A DNA stretch of 64,000 nt from Nitrospirota bacterium (GCA_963703955.1 CAVPGK010000021.1:64001-128000), one strand, 5' to 3'. Shown: positions 44,409 to 54,711, numbered from the stretch's first letter. The notes: generated from the letters alone by a model not told the origin. Numbers and translations are program-made.

Positions 44409-45533
44409 GTGGATTGGAGTGAGCAGACGGAGACCATGGTCAACGCCTTGACGGAAGCGCAGAAGCAGATGTGGAGCAGCTGGTCTGAGCTGATGCGGGC
44501 TGCGCCCTCGACTCCCCCACTGAATTTGGGAGTCGCGGATCAGTGGCGCGAGCTGGCGACCCAAGCCCTCAAAGGGTGGACGGCCGATGCCGATCTAGTC
44601 GTCAAGGATGTCAGCAAGCAGTTGTTGACGACTCAAGATTGGATGATGCGCTTTCTGGGAATCTCAATCAGCGCATGGCAGGCGATCACCCCAAAAGTCC
44701 AGGCCGGTGAGGACTGGCAAGCCGTACTCGCGAAGCATACGGACCAACTACGCCAGCAGTTCGTGCAGTACCCCCAAGGGATGGCCAACGCGACGCAGGA
44801 CTCGGGCGAACTCTGGCGGCTGTACCTGGAGCAGTGGCAAAAACTTGGCCAGCCGTGGGCCGACTCGCTGCGGCGGGCCCCTTGGCATTTCGGCCAAGCC
44901 TCGACGGGCGATGGGTCGGCTCTGATCGAGTTGATGAATCTGTACGGGGACGCCTACGAGCGCACCTTCGGCCGCCTGCTCGAGAGCCCCAGCCTCGGGA
45001 ACACCCGCGAACTGAATCAGGAGCTGCTCAAGGGATTCGACGCCTGGTTGGATTATCGCCGGGCAAGCTTCGAATACCAGGTGGAACTGGCCGGGACATG
45101 GACGCACGCGTTCGAAGAGTTCATGCGGAAGCTGGTTTCGCAGGTCGAAAAGGGCGAACCGGTTCAGAGCGTGCGGCAATTGCTCTTTCTGTGGATCGAC
45201 GTCGTTGACCAAGTGTTCGCGGATGTCTTTCGATCAGACGAGTACATCCGGACGCAGGGGCATCTGCTCAATGCGACGATGACGTACAGACTCCGTGAAC
45301 GGGACATCGTCGAAGCGTTTTTAAAGACCAGCCATGTTCCTTCTCGAAGCGAACTGGATGAGGCCTACCGGAGAATTTATCACCTCCGAAAAGACGTGAA
45401 AGAGCTCAAGAAAGCGTTGCAGGAGCTCAGAGCAGAAATTTCTAGTCAGACCAAGCGGGAACCGGAAGGTAGACCAGGGACCGGCGCGGCTAAAGAGACC
45501 AAGGCGCGTAAGGTGCCTGAAGCTCATTCATAA
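44409..45533 (+). CDS. phaE: Class III PHA synthase subunit PhaE
   Basis: YERTFGRLLESPSLG, LWIDVVD, VPSRSELDEAYRRIYHLRKDVKELKK; immediately before phaC. Confidence 0.9.
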   Translation: MDWSEQTETMVNALTEAQKQMWSSWSELMRAAPSTPPLNLGVADQWRELATQALKGWTADADLVVKDVSKQLLTTQDWMMRFLGISISAWQAITPKVQAGEDWQAVLAKHTDQLRQQFVQYPQGMANATQDSGELWRLYLEQWQKLGQPWADSLRRAPWHFGQASTGDGSALIELMNLYGDAYERTFGRLLESPSLGNTRELNQELLKGFDAWLDYRRASFEYQVELAGTWTHAFEEFMRKLVSQVEKGEPVQSVRQLLFLWIDVVDQVFADVFRSDEYIRTQGHLLNATMTYRLRERDIVEAFLKTSHVPSRSELDEAYRRIYHLRKDVKELKKALQELRAEISSQTKREPEGRPGTGAAKETKARKVPEAHS

Positions 45534-45555
45534 CGACTACCAAGCAAGGAGCAAC

Positions 45556-46650
45556 GTGATACCGTTTACTTTGCCTCTTCGACCGGAAGACATGACTCGT
45601 GAGCTCATTGAACTGAACCAAAAGGTCGTCAAGGGAATCGAGAGCCTCAGTCGCATCCGGGACAAAGACATTCAGGTGGGGGCCAGTCCTAAGGAAGAGA
45701 TCTATCGAGAGGATGAACTTGTCCTCTATCGCTTCACTCCGATGGTGGAGCAGCCATTTCGCATTCCAATTCTCATTGTCTACGCCTTGGTCAATCGTCC
45801 CTACATGGTCGATCTGCAGGAAGACCGGTCATTGGTCCGCAATCTGCTCAAACTGGGCATGGATGTCTACTTGATCGACTGGGGGTATCCTGGTCGAGGG
45901 GACCGCTGGTTAACGCTCGACGACTACATCAACGGTTACATCAATGACTGTGTGGATATCCTCCGCTCACGGCATAGCCTAGACCGAATCAATCTGCTAG
46001 GGGTCTGCCAAGGCGGGACTTTCAGTTTGTGTTACAGCACGCTCTATCCTGAGAAGGTCAAGAACCTAGTGACGATGGTGACCCCCGTAGACTTTCACGT
46101 GAAAGAGGGCTTGCCCAACCTGTGGGCTGGATGCAACGCTGGAAATCACAGCATGGACGTGGACGCTCTGGTCGACGCCTTCGGCAACATCCCCGGCGAG
46201 TTTATGAACCTAGGATTTTTGATGCTGAAACCGTTTCAGTTGGGTCTGGGAAAGTACCTCGAAATGATCGATATTCTGGACAACGAAGAGAAGCTGCTCA
46301 ACTTCCTCCGCATGGAGGAATGGATCTTCGACAGTCCTGATCAAGCCGGAGAAACCTATCGACAGTTCATGAAGGACTTCTATCAAGGAAACAAGTTGAT
46401 CAAGGGCGAAGTGAAGATCGGGACCAAGCGGGTCGATCTCAGAAAGATCGATATGCCGGTACTGAACGTCTACGCCGAGCAGGATCATCTGGTGCCTCCA
46501 CCCTCCTCCATGGCATTGGCGCAACACGTCGGAACGACCGACTATACACTCCGTTCGTTCCCTGTTGGGCACATCGGTATGTACGTCAGCGGGAAGGTAC
46601 AGCGCGATCTCCCCCCCACCATCGTGAATTGGCTCAAAGAGCGAGCCTAG
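45556..46650 (+). CDS. phaC: Class III PHA synthase subunit PhaC
   Basis: YALVNRPYMVDLQ, lipase box GVCQGG, WIFDSPDQAGE, DHLVPP, GHIGMY. Confidence 0.96.
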   Translation: MIPFTLPLRPEDMTRELIELNQKVVKGIESLSRIRDKDIQVGASPKEEIYREDELVLYRFTPMVEQPFRIPILIVYALVNRPYMVDLQEDRSLVRNLLKLGMDVYLIDWGYPGRGDRWLTLDDYINGYINDCVDILRSRHSLDRINLLGVCQGGTFSLCYSTLYPEKVKNLVTMVTPVDFHVKEGLPNLWAGCNAGNHSMDVDALVDAFGNIPGEFMNLGFLMLKPFQLGLGKYLEMIDILDNEEKLLNFLRMEEWIFDSPDQAGETYRQFMKDFYQGNKLIKGEVKIGTKRVDLRKIDMPVLNVYAEQDHLVPPPSSMALAQHVGTTDYTLRSFPVGHIGMYVSGKVQRDLPPTIVNWLKERA

Positions 46651-47580
46651 TTGTCGCCGCGAGCCTTGCCCTACTTACTTCCTAACACGGGACTCTGGAT
46701 CCTCCTCTTTCTCATCCTCCCATCCCAGGCCCTAGCCGGTCACAAGATCGCACACTGCCGGCCCCAGCCTACGGAAGCTACGTTCGCCTCGGACTTTCCA
46801 CTCATGCAAGATCGAGAATGGGGATACCGCCTTGGAGGGTGGGGCGGCGTGTCCAGAGAACAACCCTTGCGGCATCCTCCTGTGATCTTTGTCCACGGCA
46901 ATACCCGAGATGCCAACGACTGGGATGAACCGGGTAGAAGTGTCAAGCAACGCTTCTTAGAAGCAGGCTACTCGCTGCAGGAGCTATGGGCACTCTCGTA
47001 TAACGGCACATCAACCAAGGACGAACCCCCGGCTTTACAATGCCGGACGGACAACACACGCAATGTCCCAGACCTCAGAGCCTTTGTAGAGGCGGTCCTG
47101 ATGTATACAGGGGCGCCGAAAGCGGACATCGTTGCTCATTCATTGGGGGGGACCCTCGTGCGAAGCTTGCTGAAAACCGAGCCGGATTTGTCGCACAAGG
47201 TCAGGAAATTCGTCGCCATTGCAGGTCCGAATCACGGGACCACCGTATGCCGTCGCTCATGGTTGATCTGGTTCATCGGGTGGCAGGATTTCATCGCCTG
47301 CGATGAAATTGCGCCGGGATCGACGTGGCTGAGAGACCTGAATCAATCACCTGATGAACGAGAAGCACCCGATGCCGTTGAATCACTCACCCTCTATGAT
47401 GGGACCGGAGCCGATGTCTTCTATCGACGCTGGATGTTTGGATGGCCGGTGGGTGATCAAGATAGTCCCGCGCTCAGAGGCGCCAAGAACATCACGATGC
47501 CGGGATTGACGCACGACGAGCTCAGGACCCATCCCGAAGCCATCACCACCTATCTCAACTATCTGCTCTCCACCCACTAG
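46651..47580 (+). CDS. Exported alpha/beta hydrolase (Lipase_2 / PhaZ7-like)
   Basis: Signal peptide (SQALA); GGWGG...PVIFVHGN, YTGAPKADIVAHSLG, VRKFVAIAG; TTG start abuts the phaC stop. Confidence 0.8.
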   Translation: MSPRALPYLLPNTGLWILLFLILPSQALAGHKIAHCRPQPTEATFASDFPLMQDREWGYRLGGWGGVSREQPLRHPPVIFVHGNTRDANDWDEPGRSVKQRFLEAGYSLQELWALSYNGTSTKDEPPALQCRTDNTRNVPDLRAFVEAVLMYTGAPKADIVAHSLGGTLVRSLLKTEPDLSHKVRKFVAIAGPNHGTTVCRRSWLIWFIGWQDFIACDEIAPGSTWLRDLNQSPDEREAPDAVESLTLYDGTGADVFYRRWMFGWPVGDQDSPALRGAKNITMPGLTHDELRTHPEAITTYLNYLLSTH

Positions 47581-48185
47581 CTTGTAGCGGCCCGGATAAC
47601 CCGTTTATTTCCGAACCACATTAGCTGAGAATGAAGGCCTGCTCGGGACCACAATAGGATGTTATCGGTCGATTAGTGTGGGCCCGTTCTCTGCCGCCCG
47701 CATCTGTTTTGCAGCTCGTGCGCCCGCCAAGCGGGAGCTGGCCGCGCAGGAAACCATTGGGTCTCGCGCGGCTTTGGCATTGAGAAGCTCCGTCAGTACC
47801 CCTCCCGTTGTAACCGTTCCGCGTCAATCTTGGTTCCAGACTGTCGATGTCCTTTCGCCGCACATTTCGATCATGTCCGTCCCTACCGGTTTCTGGCCGA
47901 CCGTGTAGGCTTTCTTTGAGGATAAGGGTCAAATACTGTTGGATAGGCGGCGCCCTTGCGAACCATTTCGATGAGGCGCTTCAGGCCGATCAACGTCTAG
48001 CGGTACGAGTCGTGCCTCGTCGATAAACAGCGCGATCAGTCTCTGGCGCTTCTCAATAAGGTAATGAAAATTCAGCTGAGAGCTTACATGCCTTTGTTGG
48101 AATGAACCCGGTGTAGCGCAAACCATCAACCTTCTCTCGCTGCGTGTCCCCCGTCGCGCATCATTTTCCCTGGGAATGGTTCCTC

Positions 48186-48260
48186 TTGACAGCGCTCTAT
48201 CTTCGTTATACCATCTGATGAGATGGTTAAACGATGGTAAATAGATGGTGAGGAGATGGT
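48186..48260 (+). promoter_or_regulatory. Sigma70 promoter with a phased GATGGT operator array
   Basis: TTGACA(48186)-N17-TACCAT; GATGGT at 48222, 48233, 48244 and 48255, plus inverted ACCATC at 48210. Confidence 0.75.
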
Positions 48261-48651
48261 AATGATAGGTGATACGGAGAAGATCACGATAAACCTGGGC
48301 TTTGTCGACCTGGGACAGGTCGATTTGTTAGTGCAGGAAGGTTTTTATTCTAACCGCACGGACTTTATTCGCACCGCGATCCGCAACCAGCTCGCTAACC
48401 ACGCTGAGACGGTCAAACAAACGATGGCGCGCAAGACCTTAGTGCTCGGCCTGCAACACTATACTCGTCGTGACCTGGAGGCGGTGCGGGCGGCCGGACA
48501 AAAGCTCCAGATCCAGGGGTTGGGCTTAGTGAGCATTGCCGATGACGTGTCTGCCGAACTGGCCCGAGCCACCATTGACTCCCTCGTCGTGCTGGGGGCC
48601 TTGCGGGTAAGTGCGGAAGTCAAAGCTGCCTTAGTCGATCGGATTCACTAA
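48256..48651 (+). CDS. CopG/ribbon-helix-helix transcriptional regulator
   Basis: EKITINLGFVDLGQVDLLVQEGFYSNRTDFIRTAIRNQL; start may instead be 48262. Confidence 0.85.
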   Translation: MVMIGDTEKITINLGFVDLGQVDLLVQEGFYSNRTDFIRTAIRNQLANHAETVKQTMARKTLVLGLQHYTRRDLEAVRAAGQKLQIQGLGLVSIADDVSAELARATIDSLVVLGALRVSAEVKAALVDRIH

Positions 48652-48674
48652 ACAACAGACGCACGGAGGAGGCC

Positions 48675-50143
48675 ATGGGCATGAATGACAGAATGGGCAC
48701 TTGGATGACGGAAGCCACCCGGCTCACGCGCGCGGGCCAGCTCGACGAGGCCACTGCCATCATCCAGCGCGCGCTCCGGGGCATGCTCGCGCCGGAAGCT
48801 TCGCCAAACACCACCGACCGTACTACCGATGAACCAGTTGATGTCACCTTCCGCGTCGTTGATGCGGCTCCATGGCCCGCGGAGGTGTCAGCACAGGGGC
48901 GGGGTCCTCAAACCAGCTCCTCTGCAGTGGCAACGCCACCAGCGCCTGACGTTGCAGTGCCACCGTATGAACGTGGGCGTGCATCCGCCGAGTGGACCGA
49001 CAGCCGACCAGACCCTCGTGAGGATCAGCACAGCGGGACACCTTCGACCACACAGCATACATGTGGGGGCGAACGTGCCAAGTCTATGCCGGCGGCGCTC
49101 AGGTGGCCTGCTCGCTTCCGCGCTAGGCTTCGCCCTCCCCGGAGTGGACTTGGCGGACCCGTATCCATTCCCATGTCGGACCACGCACGCAGCGAGACTT
49201 GGGCAGGGGGACAGTTTATCGATGGATCCTATACGAACCACGCCGGAACCCGCACCTACAAGCTGTACATCCCGAGTAGATATCGCGGGCAAGCCTTGCC
49301 CCTGGTCGTCATGCTCCATGGCTGTACGCAGACCCCAGACGATTTCGCCGCTGGCACCCGTATGAATGTACTCGCAGAGAGGGAACTTTTCTTCGTTGTC
49401 TATCCCGCACAAGCGACCTCCGCCAACCAGTCCAAGTGTTGGAATTGGTTCAAGGCGACCGACCAGCACCGAGGTCATGGCGAACCTTCCATCATTGCCG
49501 GCATCACGCACCATGTCGTTAGCACCTACCACCTCAACGCTCGGCGGGTATACGTGGTAGGGCTGTCGGCCGGCGGGGCGATGACCTCGATCATGGGGGT
49601 GAGCTACCCTGATCTCTATGCCGCCATCGGCGTCCATTCTGGCCTGGCCTACGGTGCCGCGCACGACCTCCCCTCCGCGCTTGCCGCAATGCAGCACGGA
49701 GGGATGACCGCCGCACAACAGCAGGGCAACCGCTTCCCAGCTCCGGGGACATGCACTCGGGTGGTCCCAACAATCGTGTTCCATGGGGATCGGGATACGA
49801 CGGTTCACCCCCGCAATGGGGACCAGGTGCTTGCGCAATGGGTGAGGACCAACACGGAGATGGGCCAGACACGACGAACCTGTGCATGACCGTGAACTTG
49901 GGACAGGTGCCCGATGGGCATACCTACACCCGCTGCATCTATCACGACGCGAGCGGTCATGCCGTCATGGAGCGGTGGCTGATCCATGGGGCAGGCCATG
50001 GATGGTCGGGCGGAAGTTCTAATGGCTCGTTTACCGATCCCGAGGGGCCTGACGCTTCGCAGGAGATGGTACGCTTTTTCTACGAGCACCCACGGAACGA
50101 ATCGTGGATGCCGTCTGCTGATGAATCAGACTCTGCGCGATGA
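48675..50143 (+). CDS. phaZ: PHB depolymerase-family esterase (LpqC type), one frameshift near 49850
   Basis: VMLHGCTQ, CWNWF, GLSAGG, FHGDRDTTV, then in the next frame HGAGHGWSGG...DPEGPDAS. Confidence 0.85.
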
Positions 50144-50207
50144 ACGCATACGAGTATCGTATTGCGGCCATCGAGCCACTTCGCAGAAACGATGAACTCG
50201 CTTAGGC

Positions 50208-50335
50208 ATGGACGACGACATCAAAGCGATTGAGCAACTCCACAAACGCGACATGCGCCCGTCGACGGCAGGAGACTTTGATCGCTTCGCGCCCTGATTT
50301 CTGATGAAGGCGTCGTCATGGCCACCTGCGGCAAG
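50208..50335 (+). pseudogene. Fragment of a SnoaL/NTF2-like (DUF4440-type) gene
   Basis: MDDDIKAIEQLHKRD...AGDFD then shifted LRALISDEGVVM; truncated. Confidence 0.4.
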
Positions 50336-50359
50336 CGCCAGATTCTGCACCGTTTTTCA

Positions 50360-50567
50360 TGTTGGCTATCGTCTTGGCAGGTGCCAGCCAATTGCATCGG
50401 GCATTACGAATTTACGGCGCGCAATTGAAGACAATACGGGAGGCGATCACGATCGTGGTGTCTGTGTCTTCTCAGTGATGAACCTGAAAGAGGCATTGAA
50501 GTGGAACTACCTGGTGGGTTTCTCAATGATGGTAGGCGCGGTGTTCATCATCTTCAAGGAGTGGTGA
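50360..50567 (+). pseudogene. Degraded DMT/DUF486-family membrane protein gene (3' part)
   Basis: Across frames QVPANCIGHYEFTA.QLKTIREAITIVV..VFSVMNLKEALKWNYLVGF...FKEW; 5' half missing. Confidence 0.6.
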
Positions 50568-51243
50568 CGATCATGATTCATCTTCAGTGAACGGCAGCAG
50601 AACACGTTTATGAGCTCTCCATGAATTCGGCAGCCAGGCCGATACTTCATTCATCCTTACCGTAAGCCGATCGTTGTTCGTTTCATCTGCTCCCGCTGTC
50701 CGAGTCGCCTGCCGGCAGTCTGAGTCTCATCACACCTACATCGAGGGTAAGACCGCTCCTACAAGAAAGGGGATATGCTCGGTCATGAGTGGGCACGCCG
50801 TTCATCAACTTTGTCCTCCTTAGGACAATCTGTCTATGACCAAGAGCCGTTCGATCTAAGGCTGAGTTAGCGGTGTTTGGACAGGGGATCTGCAGACAAA
50901 CCGTGATGACGAAGGAATGAGCGGAGGAACGCAGTTCTCATCCGGTCAATGACGCATCATGTCGAAAATAAAAACTTTACCAAGGTCGGCCTTTCTCCGA
51001 CCCGCCGTGGTCTGCTCCTTGCGTGAGAGTTATTGTCGGTTGGTTCTGACAGATGCCGAAAAAGAGTGGTTCGACCATAACCACCACGAGCATCGTCGTT
51101 GATTGTCGGGGTCAAGAACCATGTCTCTCATGAGATTCGCCTGTCTCGGGCGGGTCAACCTTCTCTCGACTGGCGTTTGGGAGCCTTTGCAGAATTCGCT
51201 TTTGGGTCCTTAGCGCATACGAGGGAAGAGAAAGGAATGTCCG

Positions 51244-51411
51244 ATGCTGTACTACGCGTTGGTATTTCTAGTCGTAGGTCTCATTGCGGCAGCTCTTGGC
51301 CTGTCGGGAGTCGCCGGGGTCGCGACGCAGATCTCCTGGGTCCTTTTTCTGATCGGGATCGCGCTCTTACTCGTTCATCTGCTCAGAGGACGTACGCCAC
51401 CGGTCGCTTGA
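51244..51411 (+). CDS. DUF1328 (YtjA-like) 55-aa membrane protein, below the ORF-track cutoff
   Basis: MLYYALVFLVVGLIAAALGLSGVAGVATQISWVLFLIGIALLLVHLLRGRTPPVA; AAAGGA RBS. Confidence 0.85.
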   Translation: MLYYALVFLVVGLIAAALGLSGVAGVATQISWVLFLIGIALLLVHLLRGRTPPVA

Positions 51412-51471
51412 CAAGCAAATTGCTGTCATGCGAAAGGAGATCAAGCTCTCACAGCACAACGGAGGTGATCT

Positions 51472-51909
51472 ATGAAAATTCACGCCTTCAACCGATTCGC
51501 ATGGGTTTTGGCTCTGCTGGGTTTCGGGCTGACGGTTTCGGCCTGCGGCACGACGAAGGCCACGACTGATACCACATCGAATTTTTTCTCCAGCACCACG
51601 CCAGGAGACCTCTTCACGGCAGACGGCCTCGTCAAGCAAGATCAAAAGGTTCACCTGTTCACGGGCGTGATGTATGAGAACCTCCGGCATGACATCGCTC
51701 GAGGGAACGGCGAGTACCTCACTTCCTTGGGAACCCTCTTAAATATCCCGTCGACCGAGCAGAATGAGTTCGGGAGGCTCGTGCAAGACAAGTACCCCCT
51801 CCTGTTCACGTCCGACTTGAACGGCGACCGTACAGCACACCTCAAGATGATCGCCGTCCTCACACGTGAGTGGGAAGGAAATCGTAACATGAGCCATATG
51901 ACTAAATAA
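51472..51909 (+). CDS. DUF3015-like lipoprotein
   Basis: Lipobox VSAC; ENLRHDIARGNGEYLTSLGTLL; GGAGGT RBS. Confidence 0.75.
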   Translation: MKIHAFNRFAWVLALLGFGLTVSACGTTKATTDTTSNFFSSTTPGDLFTADGLVKQDQKVHLFTGVMYENLRHDIARGNGEYLTSLGTLLNIPSTEQNEFGRLVQDKYPLLFTSDLNGDRTAHLKMIAVLTREWEGNRNMSHMTK

Positions 51910-52222
51910 GCCGCGAACCACTGGAGCCGAGAGCACTGACGCGGGGCACGGTCGGCTGATGCCGACCGTGCTCTTTTCTCGACTCTCTTCCAGGCTATAC
52001 ATCGTCTCTATTCGGCGAATCCTCTCCTCCGACGTCTTCATCCGGACCATAGAAAACGCCGGCCTCTAGGCAGGTCCTTTTTTGTTTGCCCCACCTGCGC
52101 AAGGGGCCGTTCGTTCTCAAGAGCGTCATTCCTTGCAGCCGGCGTCATCACACCATACAATACCTCTGCTTCTGATCCCGCTTCCGGACCGCCAGGGCGT
52201 TGACACGTCGAAAGGAGTCGCC

Positions 52223-54691
52223 ATGGAGGCGTTCGAAAAACTCGGTGTGTTTTATCTCGGCCGTCCTTACGATCTCGCCAAGAAAAAGCTCAAAGCGGGC
52301 TGGCTGCTCTATGACTCCAAGGATCTCGTCACACACGCTGTCTGCGTGGGGATGACTGGAAGCGGGAAAACCGGACTCTGCATCGGCTTGCTCGAAGAGG
52401 CCGCGATCGACGGGATTCCGGCCATCGTGATCGACCCCAAGGGCGATCTGAGCAATCTCTTGTTGACCTTTCCCCAACTCAGAGGGCAGGACTTCAAGCC
52501 CTGGATCAATGAGGACGATGCTCGCAAGAAAGGTCTCTCTCCGGCGGACTATGCGACGCAGCAAGCTGGGTTATGGAAGAAAGGCTTGGGAGACTGGGGA
52601 CAGGACGGTGAGCGCATCGGCCGATTGCGTGACGCGGCTGATTTCGCCATCTATACACCGGGAAGCAATGCCGGCTTTCCGGTCTCGATCCTCAAATCAT
52701 TCGCTGCGCCCGCGCAAGAGATCATCGACGATGCGGAACTGCTGCGCGAACGCGTCGGCACCACGGCCACAAGTTTGCTGGGTCTTCTCGGGATTGATGC
52801 CGACCCCATCAAGAGCCGTGAGCACATCTTGATCTCCACCATTTTCAACTCGGTCTGGTCGCAGAGCCGGGACCTCGACCTGGCCGCCCTCATCCAACAG
52901 ATCCAAACTCCGCCGGTTGCGCGCATCGGGGTCCTCGACCTAGAAGCCTTCTATCCCTCCAAAGACCGGTTTGCCTTGGCGATGCAGCTTAACAACCTGC
53001 TCGCGGCGCCTGGCTTTTCCGCCTGGCTGGAGGGCGAGGGGCTTGATCTGAAGTCCATCTTGCACACGCCGGAGGGCAAACCGCGAATTGCGATCTTTTC
53101 GATCGCCCACTTGAACGACGCCGAGCGCATGTTCTTTGTCTCTCTGCTGTTGAACCAGACTTTGGGCTGGGTCCGCGGCCAATCCGGCACGACAACCCTG
53201 CGGGCGATCCTCTACATGGACGAGATCTTCGGGTATTTTCCGCCGGTCGCCAACCCACCATCCAAAGCTCCGCTGCTGACCTTGCTGAAGCAGGCCCGCG
53301 CGTTCGGGGTCGGCGTCGTGCTGGCGACGCAGAATCCGGTGGACTTAGATTACAAAGGCCTGTCCAATACCGGCACCTGGTTTATCGGACGCCTCCAGAC
53401 CGAACGCGACAAGGCTCGCGTGTTGGACGGGCTGGAAGGCGCGGCAGGAGGCACCGGAAAAAAGTTCGATCGCCAACGCATGGAACAGATCCTGGCCGGA
53501 CTGGGCAATCGGGTCTTTCTCATGAACAATGTCCATGAGGAGGCGCCCGTCGTGTTTCAAACGAGGTGGACCCTGTCCTATCTGCGCGGACCGTTGACCC
53601 GTGCCCAGATCAAAACGCTCATGGACCCACGAAAAGCCGGCAGCTCCAGGACCGAGGGCGGCATGCCGAGGGCTGAGACGCAGCCTTCAGACGGAAGGGC
53701 TCAACCCTTAGTCCTGAGTCCTGAGTCCTCAGCACTGAAGGCTCGCCCTGTCATCCCGCCCGATGTCCCGCAGCATTTTATCCCCATCCGTGGCGTTCGA
53801 CCCTCCGGCACGACCCTTCTCTATCAGCCGATGGTTCTCGGGTCGGCGCAAGTGCGCTTCGCAGACTCCAAGAAGACCATCGACATGACCCAGGACGTGC
53901 AGGCGCTGACGCCGATTGCGAAAGAGGCGGTTCCGGTTGACTGGGACCGGGCGACGGAGGTCAGCCTCCCCGTCTCAGACCTCGAACGGACCCCTGGCGA
54001 GGACGCGCGATTTGCGGAGCTCCCGTCGGTGGCCGGAAAGGCCAAGAGCTACGATCTGTGGAGCAAAGATTTCGCCGGTTGGCTGTTTCGCCATCAAAAA
54101 GTCGAGCTCTTCACGAGTCCCGGCCTGAAGGAAATCTCCAAGCCCGGTGAGTCGGAACGGGATTTTCGCGTCAGACTCCAACAGAAAGCGCGAGAGCGAC
54201 GCGACGAAGCGGCCGAAGACCTTCGGCGAAGGTTTGCCCCGAAATTGGCGGCGCTGCAGGAGCGCAAGCGCCGAGCGGAACAGGCGGTGGAGCGTGAAGC
54301 CGGGCAGGCCAAGCAAAGCCAGATTCAGGCGGCTATTTCGGTCGGGGCGACCCTCCTAGGCGCCTTCATGGGAAGAAAGGCCATCAGCACATCGACGATC
54401 GGGAAAGCTACGACCGCGATCCGGGGAGCCGGTCGGGCCATGAAAGACAGCAAGGATGTCGGGCTGGCCAAAGACACCGTCGCAGCGATCGATCAGCAGA
54501 TCAACGAGCTCGAGACTCAGTTCAAATCCAATGTGGAGGCGCTGGCCGCGGCCGGCGATCCGTTGACGGAAATCCTGGAGACCGTCGCCCTCAAGCCGAA
54601 CAAGACCAATATTGCGGTGAAACTGGTTACCTTAGCCTGGACACCGCATTGGCAGGATGGGAAAGGAAACCTCACGCCGGCGTGGATGTGA
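52223..54691 (+). CDS. HerA/FtsK-superfamily ATPase (DUF87/DUF853-like) with a C-terminal coiled coil
   Basis: VGMTGSGKT, IDPKGD, LYMDE, KQARAFG, ATQNPVD; AAAGGAG RBS. Confidence 0.88.
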   Translation: MEAFEKLGVFYLGRPYDLAKKKLKAGWLLYDSKDLVTHAVCVGMTGSGKTGLCIGLLEEAAIDGIPAIVIDPKGDLSNLLLTFPQLRGQDFKPWINEDDARKKGLSPADYATQQAGLWKKGLGDWGQDGERIGRLRDAADFAIYTPGSNAGFPVSILKSFAAPAQEIIDDAELLRERVGTTATSLLGLLGIDADPIKSREHILISTIFNSVWSQSRDLDLAALIQQIQTPPVARIGVLDLEAFYPSKDRFALAMQLNNLLAAPGFSAWLEGEGLDLKSILHTPEGKPRIAIFSIAHLNDAERMFFVSLLLNQTLGWVRGQSGTTTLRAILYMDEIFGYFPPVANPPSKAPLLTLLKQARAFGVGVVLATQNPVDLDYKGLSNTGTWFIGRLQTERDKARVLDGLEGAAGGTGKKFDRQRMEQILAGLGNRVFLMNNVHEEAPVVFQTRWTLSYLRGPLTRAQIKTLMDPRKAGSSRTEGGMPRAETQPSDGRAQPLVLSPESSALKARPVIPPDVPQHFIPIRGVRPSGTTLLYQPMVLGSAQVRFADSKKTIDMTQDVQALTPIAKEAVPVDWDRATEVSLPVSDLERTPGEDARFAELPSVAGKAKSYDLWSKDFAGWLFRHQKVELFTSPGLKEISKPGESERDFRVRLQQKARERRDEAAEDLRRRFAPKLAALQERKRRAEQAVEREAGQAKQSQIQAAISVGATLLGAFMGRKAISTSTIGKATTAIRGAGRAMKDSKDVGLAKDTVAAIDQQINELETQFKSNVEALAAAGDPLTEILETVALKPNKTNIAVKLVTLAWTPHWQDGKGNLTPAWM

Positions 54692-54711
54692 GGTGAGACG
54701 CTGCCTTGTTT

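Noticed and set aside
47581..48180. Short ORFs between the hydrolase and the CopG gene
   Set aside because: No RBS or motif support; treated as intergenic or decayed sequence
52223..54691. HerA-based defence system
   Set aside because: No NurA, Sir2 or nuclease partner adjacent; appears to be a stand-alone ATPase
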